DNA of 64,000 bases. Origin: Planctomycetota bacterium (GTDB taxonomy: Bacteria; Planctomycetota; Brocadiia; JAADGH01). The stretch is taken from assembly GCA_040755855.1 (NCBI GenBank), contig JBFMAD010000004.1, positions 189,616 through 253,615 on the forward strand. The letters are read 5' to 3'. Position numbers and translations under genes: made by a program. Positions within the stretch are counted from its first letter, which is position 1. Every line of letters begins with the position of its first letter. The notes under the pieces were generated by a model, which worked only from the letters and a program-made list of their open reading frames with translations, was not told where the DNA came from and did not search any database. Below, one piece after another: positions 48,615 through 57,789 of this stretch.

Positions 48615-49269
48615 CGCACCCAAGACCGGAGCAGAAGCAATGGGCGTCGCGCCGAACGCGAGGCTTGCCCCCGGCGTCACGCGGAAGGACGTGCAGATCG
48701 GCGACATGGCCGTCGAGCTGCTCCGTCGCGGCGAGGTAATGCACTTTCGACCCAAGGGCCACAGCATGAGCCCCATGATCCGCGAATACGAAGAAGTCCT
48801 GACCAAGTCCGTGGATCCCAGGGACCTGAACACGGGCGACATCGTGGTCCTCTACCAGCCCAACGGCGGCATCGTCATCCACCGTCTGACGCGCACCGTT
48901 CGACGAAGGGATGGCATCGAGATCTGGACAAAGGGCGACGGCGGGCTTCGGTGGGACCTACCGGCCAAGCTGTCGGTCTGCGTGGGCCGGGCCATTGCCG
49001 TGAGGAAGCCGAAGCAGACCCTCGACCTCACAAGCTCCTACTGGCGGACTGCCGGATACCTCGCGGCGCAGTTATCCCTCTTCCAGACCTTCGTCCTCCG
49101 TATCCCCGGCTTCGGGGCGGACTGGGACCGCGACGACCGCAAGGGCTTCCAGCGGTTCTGGCTCCATGTTGCCAAGATGCCCTTTCGGGGGTTCATGCAC
49201 CTCTGCCTCCTGGGTGACCGCATCCGGTTGTTCTTCGGCAGGAAATGCGCCCCTGCGGAGCAGACATGA
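48607..49269 (+). CDS. S24/S26 family peptidase (Ser-His, SipW-like)
   Basis: KGHSMSPMI, GDIVV, IHRL, TKGD. Confidence 0.8.
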   Translation: MSDAPKTGAEAMGVAPNARLAPGVTRKDVQIGDMAVELLRRGEVMHFRPKGHSMSPMIREYEEVLTKSVDPRDLNTGDIVVLYQPNGGIVIHRLTRTVRRRDGIEIWTKGDGGLRWDLPAKLSVCVGRAIAVRKPKQTLDLTSSYWRTAGYLAAQLSLFQTFVLRIPGFGADWDRDDRKGFQRFWLHVAKMPFRGFMHLCLLGDRIRLFFGRKCAPAEQT

Positions 49270-50513
49270 TGCGCGCTGCCGAGGTGGTCCTCCTGCTTCG
49301 CATCCTCGCCCAGTCGGTTAAGCGGGATGAGGTCGCGTCGCTGCCGCTCGGCGAGTGCGTCCAATTCGCCGTGGACCACCATGTGGCGGGACCGTTCCTC
49401 GACGCGCTTCAGCACTACGATCTCCTGGGCCGACTCTCCACCGAGGACAAGCAGCGCCTTATCTCAGATGCCGCCAAGACGGCGTTGTGGAACCAGGGTT
49501 ACCTCGATGAGATGGGGCGCGTGATGAAGGCATTTGCATCGGGCGGGATCAACCTCCTCATCGTCCGTGGACCTGTCATGGCCTCGCGGGCCTACGGCGA
49601 CCCGCTCAAACGGCGGTTCACGGACCTCGATCTGTTGGTGCGACCGGCGGAGATTGACCGCGCCGTCTCGGTCATGCGCGACCTCGACTATGAGACGACG
49701 CATCGCACCGACAGCGACATCCGGCGCCGCGGCGGGAAGGGCGTCATCGAGCTCATCCGCAGGTCGGACGTCCGGTCCTTCGACGTGGACCTCCACACCT
49801 CCCTCCTAAATCGTCGGCGGCTACAGGCGGTCTTCGACTTAGACGCAATCAACGTGTGGGAGGCCGCGACCGAGGAGGCGCTTCCTGGCATTGGCCCGGT
49901 CCCCGCCCTGTCCATCGAGGACGAAATGATCTTCGCCGTCGAGCACCTCGTGCTCCAGCACCAGATGGAGGACATCCGGCTGCTGGTGGATTGCGTGATG
50001 CTTTTCCGCCGACAAGGGGATGCGTTCGACTGGTCCCGCCTTCTCGCCCGCGCACGCATTGCAGGCTGCGAGAAGCTGGTCTCTTGCGTGCTCTCGCTCA
50101 TCGGCGAGATCATACCCCTCCCGGCGGATGCTCAGTTGAGCAAGGCCGTGGCGCGAGGCACGAGGCTTCGGTTGCAGTACCCCATTCGGCGATTTCTCTG
50201 TATCGAAAACGCCATGCCGGAGCTGCGACGGGAGCGCTCGGTCGCCTGGCGGTGGGTGGCGGAGCGTCAGAGCGTGTTTTGCCTTGTGGACCGATTGCGG
50301 ACCGCGATCCGCCTCGCCCTGACGGAGAGTGTGCCGTCGGCCTGGCGAATTCGGCGGCTTCGCAGCCGGAAGATGACCGCGCTGAAACGCATCGTGTGGG
50401 CAATCCCCATGGCCGCGGTCCTGCCGTGGTACATCCCTGTGCTCATGGGCCACGCGGCGCTGGTGCGGTTCCTGGAGCCGATTCTCCCCCGCCGGTATCG
50501 AGTCCTTTGGTGA
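49266..50513 (+). CDS. Nucleotidyltransferase family protein (NTP_transf_5-like)
   Basis: LIVRGP...YGDPLKRRFTDLDLLV, VDLH; ATGA-coupled to the peptidase. Confidence 0.8.
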   Translation: MMRAAEVVLLLRILAQSVKRDEVASLPLGECVQFAVDHHVAGPFLDALQHYDLLGRLSTEDKQRLISDAAKTALWNQGYLDEMGRVMKAFASGGINLLIVRGPVMASRAYGDPLKRRFTDLDLLVRPAEIDRAVSVMRDLDYETTHRTDSDIRRRGGKGVIELIRRSDVRSFDVDLHTSLLNRRRLQAVFDLDAINVWEAATEEALPGIGPVPALSIEDEMIFAVEHLVLQHQMEDIRLLVDCVMLFRRQGDAFDWSRLLARARIAGCEKLVSCVLSLIGEIIPLPADAQLSKAVARGTRLRLQYPIRRFLCIENAMPELRRERSVAWRWVAERQSVFCLVDRLRTAIRLALTESVPSAWRIRRLRSRKMTALKRIVWAIPMAAVLPWYIPVLMGHAALVRFLEPILPRRYRVLW

Positions 50514-50605
50514 TGGGCCTTGGGCTAAGAAAAAACCAAGTATTCTTATACTTTAATTTCATCAGAACAATGATAGTGTTCTTGGTAATCCTCATGTTTT
50601 CCCAG

Positions 50606-53173
50606 TTACTTGGTGGTCTTCCCTAACTGCTTCAGCGCCGCCCGCGCGGTCTTGCGGTTGTAGTCGGTCTCGCTTGGATTCCCGGCGATCTCGCGGAGCT
50701 TCGGAAGGGCGGCGACGTCGCTGATCTCGGCAATAGCCTTGATGGCGTATAGGCGAACGCTCGCGTCGGAATCGGCAAGGCATCGGACCAAGAGATCGCG
50801 GTCCGCCCCTTCGCCCAGCTCGCCCATGGCCCAGGCGATGCGGGCGCGGGTGCGGGCGTCGGCGACCGCGTCGAATCGCCTCCTTAGTTCGGGGTTCACG
50901 AGATCGGGCTTGAAGCAGCGCAGTTCCTCGAGTGCCTTCTTCGCGCCGTCGCGATCCTCCGCGCAGAGGCGTGTGACACTGGCCGCCAGGATTTCCCTCG
51001 CCGATGTCATGCGCGAAATCCCCGATTTCGGTTCCTTCACAGGGGCCTCTTCCGGCTCCGGCTCCGGTTCCGGCTCGGGTTTGCTCTCAGCGGCGGCGAG
51101 CATTGCCATTCCGTGCTCTGTCAGCGAGACCGTTGGGTAATCCCCTTTGCTTTGTTTGAGGCACCCCTTGGCAATGAGCCTGTCTATCTGTCGGGTCAGG
51201 TAGTCCTGTCCCATGCAGGACGCCCCGTAGGAGAGCAGCCGATCAAGGTGAGCATCGAGTATCCAATTCGCCTGCGAACCGTTCACGATCTGCACGATCT
51301 TCGTCTTTCCGAGGGGGCGGCGAAGCTCGTTCACGCAACGAAGGATAGCCAATTCCGGGTCGCCATAGGCCCCTCGCTCAATGTGTTTCGGCTGCCGAGG
51401 CGGGGGAGCCTTCGGCTCGCCCCGATCCGGGCGGGTTCGAGCGGGACGGCCCGGCGTCGAGCAGTTGTCGCACCCGGCGCATTTGTGGGCCGACGTGTTC
51501 TCGCCGAAGTACTCCAGGATCAACTTGCGCCGACAGTGCGACGAGTTGGCGTAGTTGATCATGGCCTCCAACTTCTCCTCCTCGTAGGCCCGCCGCTCGC
51601 TCAAGTGCTTCCAGTCAATGGGGACCTTCTCGAAGGGCTGCTTCTCCTGGAGGAGCACGACCCCTTTCCCCCGAAATGGAGGAGAGTAGCTGAACAGCTC
51701 GGACTGCGACATGGCGTTCAAGGCTCGATAGATCTGGTCCGAATCAAGACCCGCGGCTCGGCAGAGGTCCTCGATGGCGAAGGCGAAGCGCCCCGGCGCG
51801 TCCAGATCGAGGAGGCTCGCGAGGCCGGCGAGGACCTTCGCCTGAACGCTTCCGGTGAAATGCTCCCGAAGCGCAGACATCGGGGCGCTCGTCGTCAGGT
51901 GCGCCTGAAAGTCCGATGCGCTCATCGGCTCGACGACGCCCGCGTCGCGCAGGATTCGCAGGCACGAGCCGACGGTCCCCTCGGGAATATCCGCCGCGGC
52001 CTTCTCACCTATCTCGCGGTAGGTGCGCAGGATCGGGTTCTCGCCGAGGGAGTAGAGAGTCTCGTAAACAGCCTGTATCTGATCGCGCGTGGGATAGTTC
52101 AGGTCGATGAAGTAGCGCCGCAGGAAGATGTCGGTCGGCGCGTAGAGCAGAACGCAGTCCGCCCGTTCCCCGTCCCGTCCTGCGCGACCGGCCTCCTGGT
52201 AATAGGCCTCGATGCTGCCGGGGAGGTTGTAGTGGATCACGAACCGGACGTCGTGCTTGTCAATGCCCATGCCGAAGGCGATCGTGGCGACGATGACGCG
52301 AATCTTGTCCCCCATGAACGCATCCTGGACCTTGTCCCGCTCCTCGCTCTCCATGCCGGCGTGGTAGGGGAGAGCGACCACGCCGATGGCGTTAAGAAAG
52401 TCCGCGACCTCTTCCGTGCGCTTGCGCGTGCCCACATAGACGATGCCGTTGCCCTTCTTCCGGGCGAAGAATTCCCCGAGAAAATCTTCCTTATCGCCGT
52501 CAACGCTCACTCGTTTGACCGACATGAAGAGGTTCTCGCGGTCGAACCCGCGAACGAGCGTCTCCACATCTGTCAGGCCAAGTTGCCTGGCGATGTCTCC
52601 CTGCACACGGGGCGTCGCCGTGGCCGTGAAGCAGGCGACCGGCGGGCGGCCCATGAGGTCCATGAACCGCCGGATGCGGAGGTAGTCCGGGCGGAAATCA
52701 TGCCCCCATGTCGAAACGCAGTGCGCCTCGTCCACCGCCAGCAGGCTAATCCTGACCCGCGCGATCATGTCTAAGAACATCCGGCTCTGGAAGCGCTCGG
52801 GGGCGACGTAGAGGAGCTTGTGCTTCCCGGATCGAATCGCCTGTAGCCGGCGCGCCTGCTCCTCGCTCGATATGGAGCTGTTGACAAACGTCGCCGGGAT
52901 GCCGCGAACGGCGAGGTCATCCGTCTGATCCTTCATCAAGGCGATGAGGGGCGAGACCACCAGCGTGACGCCGGGCAGCAACAGGGCGGGCAATTGATAG
53001 CACAGCGATTTCCCGCTGCCTGTCGGCATAACGGAGATCAGGTTTCGTCCCCCACACACCGCGGCGATGGCATCTTCCTGGCCGGGCCGAAACCCCGCGA
53101 AGCCGAAGCGCTCGCCCAGGCACCGCCGAAGGGCCTCTGGAGGAACTCGCATGTCTGTCGTCCTACTGCTCAT
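50606..53173 (-). CDS. recQ: RecQ family DNA helicase with C-terminal HEAT/PBS-lyase repeats
   Basis: MPTGSGKSLCYQ, DEAHCVSTWGHDFRPDY, ATIAFGMGIDK, YYQEAGRAGRDG, CRR..YFGE..CAGCDNC, RQC; ends with ARIAWAMGELG..LADSDASVRLYAIKAIAEI; promoter TTGACA-N17-CATAAT ends 6 nt before ATG 53173. Confidence 0.9.
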   Translation of the reverse strand: MSSRTTDMRVPPEALRRCLGERFGFAGFRPGQEDAIAAVCGGRNLISVMPTGSGKSLCYQLPALLLPGVTLVVSPLIALMKDQTDDLAVRGIPATFVNSSISSEEQARRLQAIRSGKHKLLYVAPERFQSRMFLDMIARVRISLLAVDEAHCVSTWGHDFRPDYLRIRRFMDLMGRPPVACFTATATPRVQGDIARQLGLTDVETLVRGFDRENLFMSVKRVSVDGDKEDFLGEFFARKKGNGIVYVGTRKRTEEVADFLNAIGVVALPYHAGMESEERDKVQDAFMGDKIRVIVATIAFGMGIDKHDVRFVIHYNLPGSIEAYYQEAGRAGRDGERADCVLLYAPTDIFLRRYFIDLNYPTRDQIQAVYETLYSLGENPILRTYREIGEKAAADIPEGTVGSCLRILRDAGVVEPMSASDFQAHLTTSAPMSALREHFTGSVQAKVLAGLASLLDLDAPGRFAFAIEDLCRAAGLDSDQIYRALNAMSQSELFSYSPPFRGKGVVLLQEKQPFEKVPIDWKHLSERRAYEEEKLEAMINYANSSHCRRKLILEYFGENTSAHKCAGCDNCSTPGRPARTRPDRGEPKAPPPRQPKHIERGAYGDPELAILRCVNELRRPLGKTKIVQIVNGSQANWILDAHLDRLLSYGASCMGQDYLTRQIDRLIAKGCLKQSKGDYPTVSLTEHGMAMLAAAESKPEPEPEPEPEEAPVKEPKSGISRMTSAREILAASVTRLCAEDRDGAKKALEELRCFKPDLVNPELRRRFDAVADARTRARIAWAMGELGEGADRDLLVRCLADSDASVRLYAIKAIAEISDVAALPKLREIAGNPSETDYNRKTARAALKQLGKTTK

Positions 53174-53238
53174 ATTTGGATTATGCGGTGGAAGCGCCGT
53201 TCTGTCAACTCTGAAAGGCGTGTTGCCGAAATGGATCC

Positions 53239-53313
53239 GTCGGGGCGGCCCCATGTGGCCGCCCCTGTGGCGGCGAAGTGGTGCAAGGGGCGGGCACACG
53301 GGCCCGCCCCTAC
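53239..53313. repeat. GTAG-type REP doublet (REPIN)
   Basis: GTCGGGGCGGCCCCATGTGGCCGCCCC on + and inverted GTAGGGGCGGGCCCGTGTGCCCGCCCC on -. Confidence 0.75.
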
Positions 53314-53487
53314 AATCGCTCGCGCCAATCAGATTTGGGCGACAGCCCCTGAAAGGGAGAGTTGAGAGTTCAGAATTCGCCCATGTCCGAATCTGGACCC
53401 GAACGCAGGGCCGCCGGGAATTTTTTCCGAATCTATTCCGGGCTTGGCGCGTCTAAGGAGGTAGGAGAAGAAGGAAAGGAACAAAGG

Positions 53488-53703
53488 ATGCTGACGATCT
53501 CACGGATGACCAACCTTCGAGGAGACCGGCGGTGCGAGGCGACGCATACGGCCCCGCGCTGCGCGGTGTGCGGACGGTCGCTGGGTGTGCACGTGCGCTT
53601 CGGCGCGGCCCCCTGCGAAGGCGGCCTCTGCCTCTCCTGCCTCGAAAAAACGGAAGCAGATGGGGTTGTTGAAAAAGATTCCCTGCGATTATCTATCATT
53701 TGA
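53488..53703 (+). CDS. Small Cys-rich, putative Zn-finger protein
   Basis: Purine-rich RBS; CAVC...CLSC pair plus two more Cys. Confidence 0.45.
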   Translation: MLTISRMTNLRGDRRCEATHTAPRCAVCGRSLGVHVRFGAAPCEGGLCLSCLEKTEADGVVEKDSLRLSII

Positions 53704-53982
53704 AACGCAGTAAAAAATCTTTTTCTCTTCCACTTCGAGAACCGCCCCCCAGGACAGAAGCGGGTAAGCTCCCCAGCTCTCGATACCCTTGACGAATCCC
53801 ACCCACTTGATACAATGAATCCGTTTCGTAATTCTGCAGAGACAGCTCCGACCGCGATTTCATTGCTGTGATGAATTACTGCGCCTGGAGGGTTGAAAGG
53901 ACGAAAACAAAAGAGTAGAATCTGCGCACTGTTTTGATAGGAGCAAACAGGTAGATTGTTTGAATTGGCATAGGAGATTGAC

Positions 53983-54753
53983 ATGGCAAAAGGAGTGATC
54001 GGCGCGCAGTTGTACACGGTTCGGGATTTCTGCAAGACGCTTCCCGATCTGCAGGCAAGCGCCAAGAAGGTGGCGGACCTGGGGTACACGGCGGTCCAGC
54101 TCTCGGCGCTGGGCGATATCCCACCGAAGGACATCGCGAAGGTCATGGCCGACAACGGCCTGAAGATCGCCGCGACGCACGCGCCGTGGGACGCGTTCCT
54201 GAACAAACTGGACGACGTGATCGCGGAACACAAGATCTACGACTGCCAGCACCTCGCCATCGGCGGGCTGCCCAACGATTACCGCACCACCGACGGCGTG
54301 AAGAAGTTCCTGGACGAGCTGGCGCCCGTCGCGGTCAAACTGGCTGCGGAGGGCATGGATTTCTCGTATCACAACCACAGCCAGGAGCTGGCGCGCTACG
54401 GCAAGACAACTTGGCTGGCCATGCTCTACGAACAGGGCGATCCCAAGGCCCTGAAGGCGGAGTTGGATACCTACTGGGTCCAGCACGGCGGCGGCGACCC
54501 GGTGCTATGGATCACAAAGTGCGCCGGACGAGAGCCACTCCTTCACCTGAAGGACATGCGCATCATGCCCGACCGCGAGCAGCGCTTCGCCGAGGTGGGC
54601 GAGGGCAACCTGAACTGGCCCGCCATCATCAAGGCGGCCAAGAAGGGCGGGGTGGAGTACTACCTCGTGGAGCAGGACAAGTGCTACGACCGCGACCCGT
54701 TTGAGTCGCTGAAGATCAGCTACGACAACCTCAAGGCCATGGGATTGCGCTGA
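53983..54753 (+). CDS. Sugar phosphate isomerase/epimerase
   Basis: GAQLYTVR, YHNHSQE, ELDTYWV, LHLKD, EVGEGNLNW, VEQD. Confidence 0.92.
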   Translation: MAKGVIGAQLYTVRDFCKTLPDLQASAKKVADLGYTAVQLSALGDIPPKDIAKVMADNGLKIAATHAPWDAFLNKLDDVIAEHKIYDCQHLAIGGLPNDYRTTDGVKKFLDELAPVAVKLAAEGMDFSYHNHSQELARYGKTTWLAMLYEQGDPKALKAELDTYWVQHGGGDPVLWITKCAGREPLLHLKDMRIMPDREQRFAEVGEGNLNWPAIIKAAKKGGVEYYLVEQDKCYDRDPFESLKISYDNLKAMGLR

Positions 54754-54770
54754 CATCCCCCGCATTCCGA

Positions 54771-54815
54771 CAGCGCCCGCTCGGCTTGACCGCAGGCCGG
54801 CGGGCGCTGCGTTTT
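54771..54815 (+). terminator. Intrinsic terminator between convergent genes
   Basis: CAGCGCCCGC...GCGGGCGCTG stem followed by TTTT. Confidence 0.6.
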
Positions 54816-56928
54816 ATTGGGGCTGCTCGGCGCTGCGGCGGAGGGCCGGCTCGGACTTGACGATATCGGCGAAGTACTGAACCAGCGTCGGGTCCGCCGC
54901 CTTGCCGCTCTGCTGCTCGATCTGCTTCACCGCATCTTCCCACTGCGGTTTCTCCCTGCCGGGCATGGACCGCGTCAGGACGGTGTACATCCAGGCGATC
55001 TTCAGGATGCGCGCGCCTCGAGGGATCGCCTCCCCCTTGAGTTTGTTCGGATACCCCGTTCCGTCCCAGTTCTCCCAGATTCCGCCCACGATGTCCGGGA
55101 CGCCGAGATCGCGCAGCAGGCGGACGCGGCTGGTCACGCCCCTGGCGATCTGTGACGCCTCCATGATCTTCTGAAGCCTCTCCTGAGTGAGGAGACCCTT
55201 CTGCTCGAAGTCCTGGAGGATGTCCCGAATCGTAACGCGGCCCACGTCCATGAGGTCCACCGAGAGTCGGACGGCCCTCATATCCTTTCCGGCGAGTCCG
55301 GCCCGTTCCGCAAGCCGCAGCGCGCCGAGGCGGATGCGGTCGCGTTCGCCCTCGGCCCTGCCGCCGATGGCGCACATGCTGGACACGATCTCCGCCAGGG
55401 CCTCCGCCTCCTCTCGGGCCTCCGTGCGGGCCGCTTCGGCGATGCTGCGCTGTGATTCCGCCTCCTTGCGGGCCGAATTCACCCACACTACAGCAACAAG
55501 GAGGACAACCAGGACCGCCGCCGCAAGGGCCGCGGCGCTGCGCGAGAGAATCTTGATGCGCTGCTGCCGGGATCGGCGCTCCCGCTGCGCCTGCGTGATC
55601 TCCGCCAGAAGCTGCCGCTCCTCATAGGTGTCGTTCACCAGCAGCGACGCCGCCAGGTCCAGGTCCCCCTTTGCGAGCGCGCATCGGCCGTAGGACAGAC
55701 TGACCTGCAAGACGCCGTCCGCCGCGGCCTTGTTCTCCGGCCACCATTCCAGGGCCTGCCGAAAGCCGAAGAGGGCCCGGGCGAAGTCGCCGTAGTCCCT
55801 GGTTTCGTTCGCACAAGCAAGGGCCTCCTGCGCGCGGGCGGCGAGGCCGATGCTCTCGGAGTGCGACTGGTATTCACGAACCGCCGCCTGGAAATCCCTC
55901 GCGCTCGCGTAGCGCTGGGCGCGCTCCGTCGCCATCGCCTTCCGCGCGATGTCAATCAGCTCCCCCTTCTTTTCCGTCGGTTGGATGATGTTGTTCGCGG
56001 CGTTGTGGATGCACTCGATAACGGTCCGCCCTCCGTGCGGGGGGAAGCCGGCTACGATCTCGTAGAGGATCGCACCGAGTAGGTAGATGTCGCTCGCCGG
56101 CGAGATCAGCCGTACATTGGCCGCCGCCATCTCCGGCGCCATGTAGGCGGGCGAACCGGCGCAGACGGTCTCCTTGGTGATGCGCTCGGCCTTGGACCCC
56201 TCCATGACCGAGAGGGCGAGGCCCCAGTCCATCACGAGCACCTCGCCGAAATCGCCAAGCATCACATTCTCCGGCTTGAGGTCCCGATGGACGACGCCCT
56301 TCGAGTGCGCAAAGGCCACGGCATCACAGACGCGGAGCAGGATGCCGATGTTCTCGGCCTGCGTCTTTTGACGGATCACATGCTTCCACGGCACGCCCTT
56401 CACTTGCTTCATCGCGTAGAAAATCCGCCCCTCCTCGTCGGCGCCCAGATCGTGGGCGGGGACGATGTTGGGGTGTTCCAGATCTGCCGTAACCACCGCC
56501 TCGGCCAGGAATTTTCTCCGTGCGGCGGAATCGGCCGAGGCGCCCGGCTTAATCATCTTGAGGGCAATGCGGCGGTCAAAGGACGTCTGCCGAGCGGTGT
56601 AAACCACGCCCATTCCCCCCTCGCCCAGGATGTGGATCAGTTCGTAGTCGGCGGGCGGGGTCATGGGCTTGTCTGCCCTGGCGAGGGTTCGAGGTCTGAC
56701 TGCGACGCCGGACGGCGCCTCCCCGGCTTCCTCCTTTTCCTTGATCGTCGTCCCCGGGGTCGCGTCGGCGGTGATGGACTTTGCCCACAGTCGCTCGATC
56801 TGTTCGGTGGTTACGGCGAGCTGCGCCGTCTGTTCCGCGCCGGGCAACGCCTTGCGACACGCCCGGCACACCCTTGCGCTGATGTCCGCCTCCGTCAGAT
56901 CGGCCTTGCAGAACGGGCAGCTTGGCAT
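54814..56928 (-). CDS. Hanks-type Ser/Thr kinase: Zn-ribbon, kinase, helical region, TM helix, degenerate HD-GYP domain
   Basis: CPFC/CRAC; GEGGMGVVY, IALK, HRDLKPEN, DWG, YMAPE; TM AAALAAAVLVVLLVAVVWV; WDGTGYPNKLKGEAIPRGARI. Confidence 0.88.
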   Translation of the reverse strand: MPSCPFCKADLTEADISARVCRACRKALPGAEQTAQLAVTTEQIERLWAKSITADATPGTTIKEKEEAGEAPSGVAVRPRTLARADKPMTPPADYELIHILGEGGMGVVYTARQTSFDRRIALKMIKPGASADSAARRKFLAEAVVTADLEHPNIVPAHDLGADEEGRIFYAMKQVKGVPWKHVIRQKTQAENIGILLRVCDAVAFAHSKGVVHRDLKPENVMLGDFGEVLVMDWGLALSVMEGSKAERITKETVCAGSPAYMAPEMAAANVRLISPASDIYLLGAILYEIVAGFPPHGGRTVIECIHNAANNIIQPTEKKGELIDIARKAMATERAQRYASARDFQAAVREYQSHSESIGLAARAQEALACANETRDYGDFARALFGFRQALEWWPENKAAADGVLQVSLSYGRCALAKGDLDLAASLLVNDTYEERQLLAEITQAQRERRSRQQRIKILSRSAAALAAAVLVVLLVAVVWVNSARKEAESQRSIAEAARTEAREEAEALAEIVSSMCAIGGRAEGERDRIRLGALRLAERAGLAGKDMRAVRLSVDLMDVGRVTIRDILQDFEQKGLLTQERLQKIMEASQIARGVTSRVRLLRDLGVPDIVGGIWENWDGTGYPNKLKGEAIPRGARILKIAWMYTVLTRSMPGREKPQWEDAVKQIEQQSGKAADPTLVQYFADIVKSEPALRRSAEQPQ

Positions 56929-57122
56929 GATGGACTCTCCCGATAGAACCTCATTCCGCAACATGATGCCATTTTGCGCACGTCTTTCCAAAACAAAATT
57001 CCCATTGGACATATAGGACATATATTTTCTCGTTACCACCGGCCCACCGGCGCCACTATCCCGTTGAGATGGATGGATTCATCCGGAGTGGCGTCAAGAA
57101 GGATTTTGTAGGAGAAAAGGCT

Positions 57123-57641
57123 ATGAGCAGCAAGAAGTTAATGGCGGTTTCGTGTTGGGTGGCGGTTGGCGTTGCCGCCGGGTGGATGATCGGCTCCAGC
57201 GGCTCGACCGCGCAGGCCGTCGGCAAGGGGCAGTTCGGCGGGCGGCCGATGATCAAGGAGGTAACGGAGACGCTGGGCCGATTCCTGATCCTCCGGTCGC
57301 AAATCAATGTCACCCCGGAGCAACGGGAAAAAATCCGGGCGATCGTCGAGGGCCACAGCGACGAGATCGTGCCCGTGGCGAAGAAGATCGTGGAGAAGAA
57401 CCGTGCGCTCCGGAAAGAGGTCTTTGCCGAAAAGACGGACGAGGCGGCGATCCGCGCGGCGGCCGACCAGTTGGGCGCGGCCATCGGCGACGCCGCCGTC
57501 CTGGCCTCCGGCATCCGCGCCGAGACGCGGAAGGTGATGACGGCCGATCAGATCGAGAAGATCGAGGAGTTCCGGGCATACAAGGATCGCGCGGTGGACA
57601 GCGTGCTGGAGAGGCTCCCCTCGCTCCTGGCCCAGGATTAA
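57123..57641 (+). CDS. Spy/CpxP family periplasmic protein
   Basis: Signal peptide; VTPEQ and MTADQ (LTxxQ-like) motifs. Confidence 0.8.
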   Translation: MSSKKLMAVSCWVAVGVAAGWMIGSSGSTAQAVGKGQFGGRPMIKEVTETLGRFLILRSQINVTPEQREKIRAIVEGHSDEIVPVAKKIVEKNRALRKEVFAEKTDEAAIRAAADQLGAAIGDAAVLASGIRAETRKVMTADQIEKIEEFRAYKDRAVDSVLERLPSLLAQD

Positions 57642-57789
57642 CATCGTGTCGCGCATCGTCCTCCACCAGCAGGCGTTGCACGCGGGGTTCGGCGTCGAGC
57701 CGTCGGCCCCGCGTGCGGCCCGCTTAGTCGTTGACGATTGCGAGTATTCTGATACACTGTATGAAAAGGACCTCGGAGATGAGTCGGCC

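Noticed and set aside
53488..53703. RiPP precursor for the 47688-50513 trio
   Set aside because: No lasso-type YxxPxL leader or Ser-terminated core; CxxC pairs fit a Zn finger better; separated by recQ
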